Origin: Lama guanicoe
Lineage: Eukaryota
Assembly: GCA_013239625.1 (NCBI GenBank)
Contig: MU053652.1
Location: 5,137,902-5,201,901, forward strand
DNA: 64,000 bases
Direction of reading: 5' to 3'
Shown piece by piece: positions 1 to 12,959 of the stretch; the stretch's first letter is position 1, and each line of letters starts with the position of its first letter. Below the pieces are notes generated by a model. The model had not been told where the DNA came from, ran no database searches, and saw only the letters and a list, made by a program, of their open reading frames with translations. The position numbers and the translations under genes were made by a program.

Positions 1-690
1 ACAGGCAAAAACAAGATATCACAAGTGAAAAGAGAGTGATCTTGCTCCTCTAACCCTTCAGAGCTAGTAGCTATCGACATCTGCAAACATCTTACAAGAG
101 AGATATTAGAAGTCCCTAAGAAACTACAAAATAAAAGCAATTCCTCCAAATTACCAGGTACAATAAAAGCCTTTGAAATCTCTAAGAGGCAATTGAGGTA
201 TGGAATGTACTCTGAGAAAACAAGACTTTAGCTGAATCTTGCCTGCAAAAAAGGACTGTCTAGTTTAGATTCTAATTTACATGGAAATGTTTCTGAAAAA
301 ATAAAAATAGGAAAGAATGCTTGATTTACCTGGTGGGCGGATAATACACAAATCAGTATGTGTTGTCCTCACTGTTCATCCTGAGAAGGGACACTGTATA
401 TAGGCCCTGCAATGACTCAGATTAGAGGTAACTTCCATCACCTTTACCTCTCATTGGTTTGGGATGGAGGCCCAACACCCACATCTCAGCATCTAAAGAC
501 ATGGCTGACATTTTTTATAGGAATTTATTTTGCCAAAATGAGGTCTCTGGTCAGTGCTCATTTAAAGGGAATGGAAGGCATCTCCAATCAAGGTTTTATT
601 CTCAACCCCATTTCAGGACTAATTTTATCTAGCTCATCTTGTAGCCAAAAAAAAATGTAGCTAAAAACTTACTGGACCCTGGGATCCTGC

Positions 691-800
691 AGGATTTCTT
701 AAAACAAGGCTGAACAAACACAGACTATGAAAAGATTGATAAATGTGGCTCCACTAAAAATTTTACAGTTCCTTACTGAAAAAGCATCATGAACAAACTG
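691..800 (+). mobile_element. Old L1 (L1M/L1ME-like) ORF2 3' fragment, upstream part
   Basis: AGGATTTCTTAAAACAAGG...AAAGATTGATAAATGTGG...TAAAAATTT resembles the late-ORF2 region of ancient L1. Confidence 0.6.
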
Positions 801-829
801 GTTGGCCAAAGCATGAACTCAGCAGCTGA

Positions 830-2215
830 TAAATGAAACAGATACAGAAAAGGCAGAGCAGGAGGAGAGAGAACTGGGGTACTGGGCCACGGTTGTAAAC
901 ATCTCAGTGAGGCCTACCTTGATCACACTACATTTTAGCAAAGGCTCAAAGAAGGTATGAGATGTAGTCATCTGGAGAAAAGCAGGCAGAACAGCCAAAG
1001 AGCAAAGGTCCTGGGTTGGGAGATGCCTGGTAGATTCAAGAAACAGCAAAGACATCATTGTGGCTACAGAAGACGGCACAGGAGACAAAGACACAAATGT
1101 GACTTAACATTTGAAGGAATTACTCTGGCCACTGTGTTGAGAACAAACACTATAGGAGGGAAAGGGAGAACCAAGGAGATGCATTAGGAGATGATGACAG
1201 TAATCTGGGCACTAAATGATGGAAGATTATATTGAGAAGGAGCAGTGAGGGAGGTAAGAGGTGGTCAGAATCGGAATATCCTGAAAGTAGATGGATGGAA
1301 TGGGAGATGAGAAAAAAGAGAAGTTGAGGGCAACTCCAAGGTTTTCTGTCTGAGCAAATATAGGTGGAATCATCGCATCCGATGTGGAAAACCACAGCGA
1401 GAGGACACTAAAGGGAGGCAAGTAATAAGATTTAGGAGTTCATTACGGACATATTAAAGTTTCAAGTGGAGACGCTGAGTAGGCAGCGTGGGGTTCGGGA
1501 AAAAGCTCTCAACTCGTAATATACATTTGGGAGTTGTTGGCATACACGTGGTATTCAAAGCTAAGAGACTGAAAAGGACAGAGGATGAGGCATTATAACA
1601 TTAAAAGGTAAAGAATATGAAAAGGAATGTATAAAAGGAGAGAATGAGAAGCAGCAATGAGTTCGCTCAGCAGGAGGAAGCTACCAGAGTGCTCTGTCCT
1701 GGAAGCCAAAGAAAGAAAGTGAATTGAGGAGGGGAAGATGAACTGTGTCCAATGCAGGCAGGCAAGTGAGGCAAGGACTACGATTTGCATGTTAGATTAA
1801 GCTAAGCGTGGGTCATCAGTATCTCAACAAGGTTAATTTTGATGGAGCAGAAGGGGCAAAGGCCTGGTTGGAACTAAGAATGGGAACTAAGAAGAAGTAC
1901 GTACTTTCGAAAGTTCTGCTGCAAAGGGATGCAAAGAAACTATGTGACAGCTGGCAAAAGCAGCTGGGTGAAGAGAAGGTGCTTCTGTTTTTTCATTTTA
2001 GAGGAGAGAAAAAACAGGCAAAGGACTGGTGGGAAGCAAGTAACTGATAATGCACAAGAGGATAGAATTTTTAATGCAATGTCTTTAAATAGATAATGGG
2101 GGGGGTGGCTTTACACAGGAGCATCAATAATTCACCATAGGTGTGTGGATGCAGACACATGTGGAAGTGAGAGTTGCTGGGAATTCTCATTGCTTTGATT
2201 TACTCAGTAGAGGAG
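830..2215 (-). mobile_element. LINE-2 (L2) fragment
   Basis: G/A-rich + strand typical of antisense L2. Minus-strand ORF 1227-1421 contains QTENLGVALNFSF, resembling the L2 ORF2 NLGVxLDSSLS motif. Confidence 0.8.
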
Positions 2216-2220
2216 GGAAG

Positions 2221-3040
2221 GAAGAACTCTGACAAATCAATAAGAGAAACAATCCAATAGAAAAACTGGCCAATTTGAAAAAAAGAAAAAAAAACTGGCC
2301 AAAAGGTATGAACAGCCATTTCAGAAAAGAACGGCAGCTGAACATTAAGTGTATGGGGGAAAAAAGTACTTCATTAACAATCAGGGCAATGTCAGCTGAG
2401 ACACTGCAGGACGTCTATTCTACAGTCAAATCCTAAAAATGAGAACAAAGGGGAAGCAGGTGTTCCTTAACCTCTGATGGGATTATGAAGCGGTTCAACT
2501 ACTGTGGCACTTTCACAAGGTGGTATTCAACACCATTTCATTAAAGCTGAGGATACGCACCCCTATGCGTGGAACAATTCTACTTACGGGTAGGTATACG
2601 CTGGAGAAACCTCACTCGTGCAAGACAATGCTCATGTTAACCATGTTTACAGTACAGTCATAAGAGCAGAACACAGAGCAGTTAGTCTGAATGAGAGCAA
2701 CACAAACGAACAAATTTGAAAAACAACATTGAATAGGAAAAGAAGCTGTAGAATGACACTGATTTAAAGACAGACTTAAAACAGACACAAGCAACATTAT
2801 TCCTAGAGCTATGTAAGCAGCAAAAGTACAAAAATACCTAGAAACAGAAGTCAATGGTTACTGATGCAGGATGAGGAGAGGAAGAAACGGAAGGGGAAAG
2901 AAATGAGTTGGAGATGAGTCCACAGGGATTTTCAACTTCATCTGCAAGGCTGTCTCTTTAGAAGAGGAGGATCTGAAGCAAGTGTGGTATAATATCAAGG
3001 CAGAAAAAGGAATGCGTGTTATGTATCATTACGTAACATT
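2221..3040 (+). mobile_element. Old L1 (L1M/L1ME-like) ORF2 end and 3' UTR, downstream part
   Basis: AAGAACTCTGACAAATCAATAAG...AATCCAATAGAAAAACTGGC...ATGAACAGCCATTTCAG, followed by L1-like CAATTCTACTT...GGTATAC. Confidence 0.7.
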
Positions 3041-3047
3041 GGCATGC

Positions 3048-3138
3048 TTTTGTTTTTAAATGGAGGTACTGAGGAACTGAACCCAGGACCTCATGCATGC
3101 TAAGCACCCACTTTACCACCGAGCTATACGCTCCTTCC
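3048..3138 (-). mobile_element. tRNA-Ala-derived SINE (vic-1-like)
   Basis: Reverse complement reads GTATAGCTCGGTGGTAAAGTGGGTGCTTAGCATGCATGAGGTCCTGGGTTCAGTTCCTCAGTACCTCCATTTAAAAA, with A and B boxes and an A tail. Confidence 0.88.
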
Positions 3139-4340
3139 TCTATTTGAGCTTTTTAAAGCCAAACAATGTTTAGGGATAGGAAACTACCACACCTTGTTTG
3201 GTCAACCTTTCCCTTGGCTCACAATGTCTCATACTTTTGTTTCTCTCTGAGGCAGAATAACCAGTCATTCTTTACCTCATAAGAAATGCATTAAATTCCT
3301 TTTTTTTCCTTTCCCCCAAATGATATTATTTCATAGATGTGGCCTTCCATGAGGCAGAAGGGAATAATGTAACTACAAACGTGCTCTCAAATAACCAGGG
3401 TCAAAAACAAGCCTGATTTAAAAAGAGAGAGACAGACAGACAGACTTGAAATATATTAAAAGTAGCCAAGCAGAATTATACTCTATGAAGATCTTAAAAC
3501 AGACTGTTGAATTAAAATAAGAAGAGACATGATCAGATTAAAATGGATAAAATTTCAAACAGTAAATGGACCACTCCCAGTTGCCCTGCCACACATGCTA
3601 TGTTAATAAGCAAACGTTGCAATTTCCATTTGTATTACAGACTTAAAATAGGTACATTACCACATGCCCTGGCATATTTACAATCAAGGACCTTTCAATT
3701 TCCATGGCAGCCAGAAGACACAGTCCACCAGGAGAAAGAATCCACAGGGATATCCACTATTTATTATCCTTAACACACGCAGTAGCACTTTTTAGAAACA
3801 TAGGTCTAACTAGAAAGCCACAGGCAGCAGCTGGGGAAAGGTTCAAAATAACCACCCAGGCCAAATGGAAGACAGCTCGCCCCACTGAACCCACAGGACC
3901 ACACATGAAAAATTCATATACCCAAATGTTCCCCAGGAGTTGCTTCAAAGAAAAAGATGCTTAACTTCTCAATTAGCTCTATTTCCTCCTCCCAGTAAAA
4001 TCTCTCTTAAAGGTAAACAGGGTCTATTAGACAATAATAATGCAATATATTTCATACCTATCTCCAAGGAAACAAAGAATACTACACAATAAAAATTAAA
4101 ATCAAATGTCTTTAAAAATCTGAAAGGTGATTATAAAAACCCATAGGCGTGAGAATGGAAGACGGTTGGACTTTGAACCCTGTGACTATGCGAGATATTC
4201 GGCCCCTGGAGAGCCCTCACATTTCTTGATTTTTCTGGCAGTGTTTTTTGATCCCGCTGACCTCATGTTTAAGGATCTAACAATATATGTAACATGAAAA
4301 ACACTGGAATTTAAGGCATAACAATAACTGCTAGTGTTAT

Positions 4341-4620
4341 TGATGGGGTTCAAGCTAAAGGTGTTTTAGAAAACAGAAAGCAGAATTAGTGAAAGTCTGA
4401 CTTTCCCCCTACAACAGGTCATAAGCCCTCACGTGAGAGGTGCCTCCCCACACCTGGAGAGAAGGACTATCCTTATTTCCCAAGAAAGAGACCCTGAAGA
4501 ATCCGAACAGACCTTGCTGAGTTTCCCTGACTTCCCTCATACTGTGTGACCTGTCACTTCTACAGGACTGCCCACTCTTCATCAGACCTCGCATAAAAAC
4601 ACTCAGGTCCATCCAGCTCT
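4341..4620 (+). mobile_element. ERV1 LTR fragment (MER39-like)
   Basis: Begins TGATGGGGTTCA. Internal CATAAGCCCTCA...AGAGGTGCCTCCC...ATCCTTAT...GAAGAATCCGAACAGACCTTGCTGAGTTTCCC matches the recalled MER39/MER34-group layout. Confidence 0.6.
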
Positions 4621-4649
4621 TAGAATCTTCAATTCACTGTGAATTGGGT

Positions 4650-4800
4650 TATGATCCCAAATTATACAAGGAAAGTGGGGGTGAGGTTTAAGTGACATGT
4701 CTCACGTCACGTTAACAAGCAGAGCTGGGATTCTGATCCCAGCTCTCCCAGGGGCCGAAGCTGGAGAGTGGACACTACACTCTTGGCTTTTTACCACCAA
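4650..4800 (-). mobile_element. MIR SINE fragment
   Basis: GAGGTTTAAGTGACATGTCTCACGTCAC...GCAGAGCTGGGATT resembles the antisense MIR core. Confidence 0.65.
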
Positions 4801-4819
4801 AAGGCAATCATCACCTGTC

Positions 4820-4990
4820 AGTAAATCGTCAGGTTTCATGTGCCACAGAGTCACCTGGGAGCTTGTAAACATGCTGACTGCCAGGCCCACACCAGATATT
4901 CTGATTCCACAGATCTGAGGTCATTTCTCTAATTCTGTATTTTTAAATAAACAGCAAGGCGGACGTGGGCCACACTCTGAGAAATGCTTT
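4820..4990. mobile_element. MER5A-like hAT-Charlie DNA transposon
   Basis: AGAGTCACCTGGGAGCTTGTAAACATGCTGA...CCCACACCAGATATTCTGATTC...CCACACTCTGAGAAATGC. Confidence 0.7.
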
Positions 4991-7900
4991 TGAGCACCGT
5001 TTGAGCCCTTTGGCCCCATTTAAACCAATGGAAATAAAAGAAAAGGGAGCCCAAAGGATTAGAGGGTCAGAAAGCAACACCAAGGAGCTTGATTAACCTC
5101 AAAATGGGTAAATAAATAGGTAAGGAAGTAACTGGGGAATTCAGGTTTATTTCTGCCTATGTAGCTGGAGGTAACTCAAAATATTCCTTAAACATCTTTA
5201 CAGATAACACACCTGGAAACATTCTAGTAATGGTGGGAAAACAAAATGACCAAATATTCCTCGAGTCCCACTAAAGAGGACTAAACGTGGAGAAAACCAA
5301 CCTGCCCCCGCCAGGGAACAGCACGACGGGCATGCCCTGAGCCCCCACGGCCCCCCAACACAGACACCCAGCAGTCTAGCCCTACACTAGTCATGGGGAT
5401 GGCAGAGAAGAGAGAGCCTGAGAAACAGGACCAAATGTTTCCTGGCACGTTGCCAGAAGGAAACAGGTTTCACAGTATCCAAAGAGGGAAAGACACAAAG
5501 CAGATTTAGGCAGCCTCACGTCCTTGAAGACTCACTTGCCGTCATCTGCAGTGCACAGTGCAGGATTCTGTTCCACAGGAACTTGCTCATCCCCAGATTA
5601 AAGTACCTTTCCAAGACCATCAAGCAAGGAGGAAAATATCTGTCTCTGGAGACTGTACTCCCACTCAACTACATTAGCCAATTAAGAGCATTTTCAGAAG
5701 TTCGTGCTATTTTATTACGCAGACGCTGTAGTGACGGAGCAGGGAGGGGTGCAGGAGAAGAAGGGGGCCAAACGTTAGGTCTCCCCTGCCCCCCAAGACC
5801 CCGTCAAGACTTTAAAGAACACTTTAAAGGCTCTAAGGGCTCCAAAACCATCATCCCTACAGCAAACCAAAGGGGTCCCTACACTTAGCTATAAATAGTT
5901 TCGCAGACATAGGGAAAAAAGGAATAAAGAACAGTGCTGTGCCTCACAGACTCAAGACCAAAGAAGGCAAGGCTCCCAAGTAAGGAGCTGTGCCACCAGC
6001 AGCAAGGCCCCCAGACCCAGGAGGAAAATGGCAAGTAAGCAAGACCCTAGAGCCCTGCCCCATCATGCACGCGCCGCCCCAGAGCAAAAACTTCCCCCAC
6101 CCACCAAGTGCACTGAAAATACAGATCCCCTCCCGGAGGGAGTGAAGTCTGCACCACCTTTCCTAGAGGAAGAGCAAGGAGTCAGCCCGTAAGGTGGGGA
6201 TAACGAGAGAGAAAGGGCACGGGATCCTTGCAGAGAACAAAGCTCAAGTTCAGCACTCGTGAAATCAGACAAAAAGAGCTGCCCCGGACCTGAAATCAAA
6301 TATTCCTCAAGCATCTGATGGCTACAAATGATCAAGTGTCAGTGGGCAGCTCACTGCTCATCAAGAGACAAGAAGCCCAGGCTCTGGACAAGGATCCTGC
6401 ACCAGCAGCTCCCAGCGGCCAGCTTGCCTGTCTCCTGCTAATAATCAGCAAGTTAAGAACTACCTGGCGTTACACACGATTTTACAGTGAAAGACCAGGC
6501 AAAAAAAAAAGACTTCAAAACCCTGTAAAAATCAGGAAGGGGCTAAATATGTTAGTACAAATTCAGGCAACTCTTAACTTCACATTCAAGGAACATTTCA
6601 GGTAATAAGACACTCGGTGGGAAAGACCCCACACCTGCCCGTGTTACTAAGAAGCAAAGCTACTTAGCTGAGTTAAGTTCTACAGCAAATAAAATGGATA
6701 TTAACAGCAGCTAAAATATCAAGAGACAGAAGAGATAAGCCAAAGTTACAGCACTAATCACCTTCTGCCTCGCATTACTGTAATTTAATTACTTCTCACA
6801 GGTCTTATCTTTCCTACCAGACCACAGGAGGGAGGATCTTCAAGAGGGGAAGAAAGATCTTTATAACACCCATGAAGTGCCTAGCACAGTGCCGCAGTCC
6901 TAGAAAATGCCAACACACAGAACAAAATGGGGAATACGAAGATCCTCGCTAGAAGGTTTTTTAAAACTCAAACTGCGCTTCGGATTAGGGGAGTAAATGG
7001 AACTGGTCAGCAAAGAAAATTTAGGAAAAGATGGAGGCAGCAATACCACTGCAGATTCATATTCTTGTTAGTAATGACTGCCTCTTACATAGCACTAGTT
7101 GAACGTGAACTATTTCTAATGTTTTTACCTTCTGGCAACTATTACCAGACATGACTCTATACTACACAAAGATAAGCATATTCCTGAACAATGACTGAAA
7201 AGATCTCTTGACTAGACATCTCTCTGTACAACCGTAACACCAAGGCTCTTTGTAAGCAGTGATGCAAAAGCAGAGCTCTTGGCAGTTTCAATGTGTCATG
7301 TTGGGGGGGAGCCCCAGTTTTACAAAATCTGAGTCATTAGTGTGTTCTTCTGACCTGGCTAGGACTTTAAAGGCAATCCCCTGCTCTCTACAAGCCTGAC
7401 ATAATGGATTCAATTACTTGTGATCTTTGAAATAACACACTCTCAAATCTATCATTAGCTAATAGCTATCCTTACAGAATTTGTGTAATTCAAGGGAAGG
7501 TGAACTGATACTGTAAAAATACCAAGTGTGACAGTTCAACACTAAATAAAATGATAGTAAGCTACACTATAAAACAAAAAAAATTCCCTTAATGTGGAAT
7601 CAGAAGTACCAGCATCCCCGCCCCAATCAAACTTCACGATGTAGAGATGAACTAAGGCTAAGCAAAGCCGTCTGCGGGGCAGCATTCTTCGCGGTTACGG
7701 TGGAAGAACAGAGAAGGATAGTGAGGGGCCGCAAAGCCCTTCTGTGGTCCTCGGAAGGGCAGTCCGCAGAAAACACCAAGAGGTGTGAGGTTTTGCTGAA
7801 TGATGCACTCTACGTGCTGCTCAAATGAACAAACGAAGCTGAGAAGAACGAAAACACAGAATCTCTCTAGTAGGCCTCTTTCCACAGACCTAACAGTGCT

Positions 7901-9879
7901 GAAGATGGACTGCAATGCAAACTTCAGTGTTAACATGGGAAACCCTTCACTGAAAAGGACACAACAAATCTACAGATAAAAAACCAGAGTTTAAAAGTAG
8001 AGAAGAAAATGGGGGGTGGGGGGTGATGGGAAGGTGTGGGCTCACTCTTCAAGGACAAGAGCAAGCCTGGAGGTCTGTGAGGTCACAGAAGCTAGCAGGG
8101 ACCGGTGTAACTCAACGGGCTCTGCCTCTCTGGGACTTTTCCTTTTCACTGGAAGCTCATAATTAACCAGTTGGCCCTAAATCATGTTTTCTAGTAATGG
8201 GGAAATCTTTTCCCACATTTCTCACCCTTCATCCCCGGGCTAAAAATGGAGAACCGATGCCCTCGGAAGAGACAACCCTGTTACTTAAAGCACAGGCTGC
8301 AAGCCAGATGAAACCCATCCAGTGCAGTGATGTGCCACCGGCCCTCCCACAGTTCTCTCCAAGAGAAGGGAGGAAAAGAAAATAAATCTCTTACAATAGG
8401 AAAGCAATTTTCTCTGGAACAGACAGCAGGATCGGGTGAGCCCGTCCTGAAAAGAGTATCATTCTGTTAGAGAAATGCTTCTTTGTGAATGCCTTCCCTT
8501 CTCCACCATATTAAAAAATAATAATTATTATTAAAGTTTCTTCCTGGAACAACACAGAAGGGAAAATAATGCAGGATATGACACCATTGCTTAACTGGTG
8601 CCAGTGGAACCTCCAATTGAGCCAGATTCCCAGTCAAATTGGTGCAATAAATTGTGGTGCATTTCCAAAAACGAGACTGAATTATGTAAGCACACAGCTT
8701 AAGGCCTCCCTTTAGACACTGGGTTCCTGCCTTGCCAGTTGCAAGACTCCAAGGTCTAAATCAGGCTGCCAGATCTAGTGCCACATATTTTAATCTACAA
8801 AATTCAAAGTACTCTCGGCCTGTGTTTAAATATTCAGTAAAATGGGGCCTGTACTTTTTCAGGACAGATACCATTCTAACCCTGCAGAACAAAGATGACT
8901 CTCTTGTACTGTACAGTCTACTTATCATCAATCAGAAAACTCCGACATCTCTCACCCACAGCTACCATGAAGAAATATGGGCAAGTGAAGCTACCAGAAC
9001 TATGAACAGCACATCCAGCCCCGGCACACAGGCGGCAAGGCAGTTTCATTCTAGATATATCACATGCCTGCTCCTGCTGCAGGAAGGGACCTCGACAAGC
9101 CTGCAGCCAACCTGGCGGAGGCTTCTCCTGGGAAAGAGACAAGACCTTCACCCAAATGGAAAAAACACTGGGGAACGTGCTGGGGTTACTCTGTGCCAGT
9201 TGTTGGCATCAGTGAACGAGGAGACAAGCAAGCAAGTCTCCAGAACAGCCAGGTGGAGGTGGGGGGCAGGAGGGCGTGAGTAGGGGGCATCTCACCCTCA
9301 ACAGTGGTTGTCACCCACAGCTGTTTGTGTCCCTGGGGAAGGACACAGGACCTGAGGCCAGGGCCTTGGTCTGGGAGAACATACCCTGAGCTTCTGCTCT
9401 TTATGTAACGTCACTTTAATTGGGCCTATTTAGCAATGTTTTTAGGTCAATCACATCATCACCCCATGTTGACAACCACACACTTTCCTTGCCTACTGCT
9501 GGCCTTTCAACTTAACTCCCTTAAAACCAAAGGTCGTCTCCACTTTAAATTGCTACACCTCATATTATTTCTAATTCCCAGGGCAACTCAACTGAGAAGT
9601 TGGGTAAGAGCATGCCCCAGGTCCAAAGACCCCAAGAGAGCCCAGGCTGGTTTCTATCCCCTGCCTCCCAACCACTGAGGGAGCAAGAATTGACAGATGA
9701 TCCACAGGCTTCTCACTCCCATCTGGTTCCACGCACCAACCCTCCTAGACCTGCAAGGGTCCATTCATTTCCGCACACAATGCATGCCCACCCAAAGCCA
9801 CCAGCTCCTGGGAAGGTCACAGAGATTAAGGAAGTTAGACACAGTCTTGGTGCCAATTATGAAGCTACTGTCACTCAGT

Positions 9880-10450
9880 TTCAAACCTAGTCTTTTCTAA
9901 ATTCCACTCTGTGGTGCCAGGGTGGGAAGACTGCCAACCACATTTCAGCTTTGCCAGCTGGTTCCCTGCCAATAAGGGGATGTTAGAGGGAGAATGGACA
10001 GGAAGAAGGGACACACTCTTTCCTATTCCAGTCGGCTTCTCCAGAGCAATACTGTCCCTCTCAGCAATGGCAGCTTGTTCCAGTGACAGCGACCGAGTCC
10101 AGCTAGTAGTTCTCCCAGCGCTGCCAGAAAGTCTCACCACACCTCCTCATGTGCACCAGAACCAATCAACTGGCAGCCCCTCCTGGGAGGTCTGGATTCC
10201 AGCTCCAAGGAGCTGCTCTTCCAACCTTCATCAGCTCAAAGATCTGAGTTCCAATTCCAATGGATCGGTACTCCAAACTGCCCCAAGTTTTCTATTTCAA
10301 TTTCTTATTCGTACCCAGAGGTTGTAGCTGTGTCGTGTAGTTAAAACCTCCATGTGACCCTCAGGGTTCTCTTGTTGCCTTTTTAATATCCCCATATTTG
10401 ATTAATGATTCCTTATGTTAAGTCGATTCTGTTAAAATAGCTGGTGTGAT
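9880..10450 (+). mobile_element. ERVL LTR (LTR33-like)
   Basis: TTTGCCAGCTGGTTCCCTGCCAATAAGGG...TAGAGGGAGA...CAGCAATGGCAGC, and a 3' end ATTCCTTATGTTAA...CTGTTAAAATAGCTGGTGTG. Confidence 0.55.
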
Positions 10451-10728
10451 CTGCAGCAACATGGACGGACCTGGAGATTGTTACACTAAGTGAAGTAAGC
10501 CAGAGAAAGAAAAAAACCATATGATATCACTCATATGTGGAATCTTAAAAGAAAAAAAAAAAGTGGAGCTCAATGGTTACCAGAGACTGAGGGGAAGGGA
10601 GAAGGGAACTAATTAATGAGTATAAGGTTTCAGTTCTGCAAGACGACTAAGTTTTGGAGATCTATCTAACAAAGTGAATATACTTACACTTTTATGTTAC
10701 GTGCTTTTTAATCACAATAAAGAAAAAA
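10451..10728 (+). mobile_element. L1 3' end fragment(s)
   Basis: GCAGCAACATGGACGGACCTGGAGATTGTTACACTAAGTGAAGTAAGCCAG...ATGGTTACCAGAGACTGAGGGG...CACAATAAAGAAAAAA. Confidence 0.85.
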
Positions 10729-10899
10729 GTGGAACTCATTAAAGACACTACTTTGATTTAATCTGGGAGAAGCTATAGCATGTTATCAAATTCGAAATCC
10801 AAGTTATTAACACGAGAATTTGCAGATATGAATCTTAATCTTTCAGCAGGTACAAAAAGATATTACTTGTGGATATACTCAAACATGCTAGCCCCACTT

Positions 10900-11280
10900 C
10901 TGATCCCAGTAACTATATTCCAAATTGTTTTCTTCCTGAACCAGCCCCATGACTGAATCTTCTACTCTCCTCTTTGTGTTATTTCCTGTGCCTGGATGTG
11001 ACTGCTGTCTCAGTGCAGAAGACTTTGCTTACTCAAATGCCAGACGTTTTGCAATGCCATACTCAAATGCCACCCACCATCCTGGGAAGCCTTCTCTGAG
11101 CTCTCTAATCAAATATCCTGTCTTCTCTCCTGGCTCATGTGACCCAAGACAGCATAGGTGTTTCTTACATCTCATAGTCGATTAGAGGCTATTTGAGCTT
11201 AAAAACATCATCTGACTCTCCTTTTTAATCCCATTGTACTCATTCAATCCCCAACAGAATTCAAGAGTCAGCAAATATTA
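10900..11280 (+). mobile_element. L2 3' fragment
   Basis: TTTCCTGTGCCTGGATG...CTCAAATGCCACC...GGGAAGCCTTCTCTGA matches the L2 3' region. Confidence 0.55.
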
Positions 11281-12959
11281 TCTTTATGTTTTTACAGCTG
11301 AAGGAAAAGAGGCTCAGTGTAATTCAGAAGCAAGCTCACAACAGGAGAAAATGGCAGGGACAAAAATTGAACTCTAAATGATTCCAAAATCCACGGCCAC
11401 TGGATTCTATTACCAGACATCTAAGGACCCTATGATGCCTCTCCAGCTTAGAGCAGGAGAAAAGTCATTTTCTTCTTTCAAACGATTGGCTCTTTGTAGT
11501 GTAAGAGTGGAGCTCATATGCAAAAATAGAAAAAGAAAAAGGAAAATGAAACGAAACCCAGTCAGCCTGAGCATTCCATACAAAACACTCCCCTCCCCCA
11601 ACATGGAAATATGTACAAGGTGACCTCCTCACCCAGAACTCCAGCTCAGCCTCACCACTGGACGACAGGGATGCTGGGTGGCTCCTAACAAATGTTGCTG
11701 AATGAGAGAAAACTATCCAGGGTCACTGCTAATGAGAAGCCAGAACATCTTGCCACTTAGCTGCAAAATGTTCACCTAATAAATCTTACAGATCTGAATA
11801 CAACCCAAGACCAGGAGGTTACAGGGGGGGAAAAGAACAGACAAAAAATTCGAAATCAGCAGCTTCAAAATCCACACCCCCACCTCCATTACTTCCAAAA
11901 TATAAGGTATAATGCATCAGATTCGTTATTGGTACTCATAAGAAATAAAAGGCTCTAAGTAAAAACAAAACAAAAACCAAAGAAAATCACCCAAAATTAC
12001 CTTTTGAACAGTTTAATGGTAATGTATGGTCACTAATTCTACTGAGGACATTCATTTTACCTTGATTTAGCTTTATTGATCTAATTTTAATCAAGGACAA
12101 GTGTACAGCAAAGGATGAAGGATCAGCTACCCAAATGAAATGGGGAAACAACAGAAAAACATTTCAGCTCAGCAAATGATTCAGCTTATTAACAGGCCCA
12201 AAAGCACTAGTATGGCCATGCAACACAGAGAATTAGGCACTGGGGAAAACCATTCTGCATGCTCTTTTTTAAATTGTAGTATACTACATTTCCTTAAAGA
12301 CAAAATGTGTTTTTTTGCAGGAGGGTGTGCTGCCCAGCACACGTGAACAGTAAATGTTTAGGTTATCATTAAATACAGAAACAATACCATTATATAAGCT
12401 ATTCACTACTGTATTGAGAACTGGAAAAATCTCCTTATTTCAGCTGTAAAAAATTTCAGTTATTTGTCTCAGACTAATTATGAACTAAGATTTAATCAGA
12501 CAGGGGACAGGCTCAAGTTTATACATGTATAATTTATGAATTTTTAAAAAAGATTTGTCAATCGATTTGAGTGTAACTAAGGGTTATGTTTAAGCTTCTT
12601 AAGTGAATTAATATACTGACAATTGATAGCACTATCAATCTACCCTTAACAGCAAGTCATCGCAGGCTGTTTCTTGGCAGCAATGTACTGGCCTAGCTCA
12701 TAGAACTTAGGAGAGGGGTGGAGAAATAAAGGGGCAGACTGCTGGGGAGGGAAAGGGTGCCCTGAGCTAGGGAGAAGTCATTCTGGGTTAAAGTACATTT
12801 TAAAAACATCATCATGTGCCAGTCGCTGGAAAAAATTGCCCCTTGTCCTCCAGAGAGAAAGAGCTCAAAAGGAGAAGCTTGATATACAGACCACAAAATT
12901 ACAGGACTGGTAAATAAATATAAGACTCTAAGAAGAGATGAGAAATGGAAGTGCCTCGG

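Noticed and set aside
330..380. 51-nt minus-strand segment with AG and GT boundaries
   Set aside because: Stops in all three frames and no independent support.
5536..5606. 71-nt minus-strand exon-like segment with a GTGAGT donor
   Set aside because: Weak acceptor (GGAAAG) and an unrecognised peptide. Likely a pseudo-exon.
8732..9283. 183-aa ORF
   Set aside because: Non-ATG start (TTG) and no recognisable protein similarity or splice context. Its length is compatible with chance.
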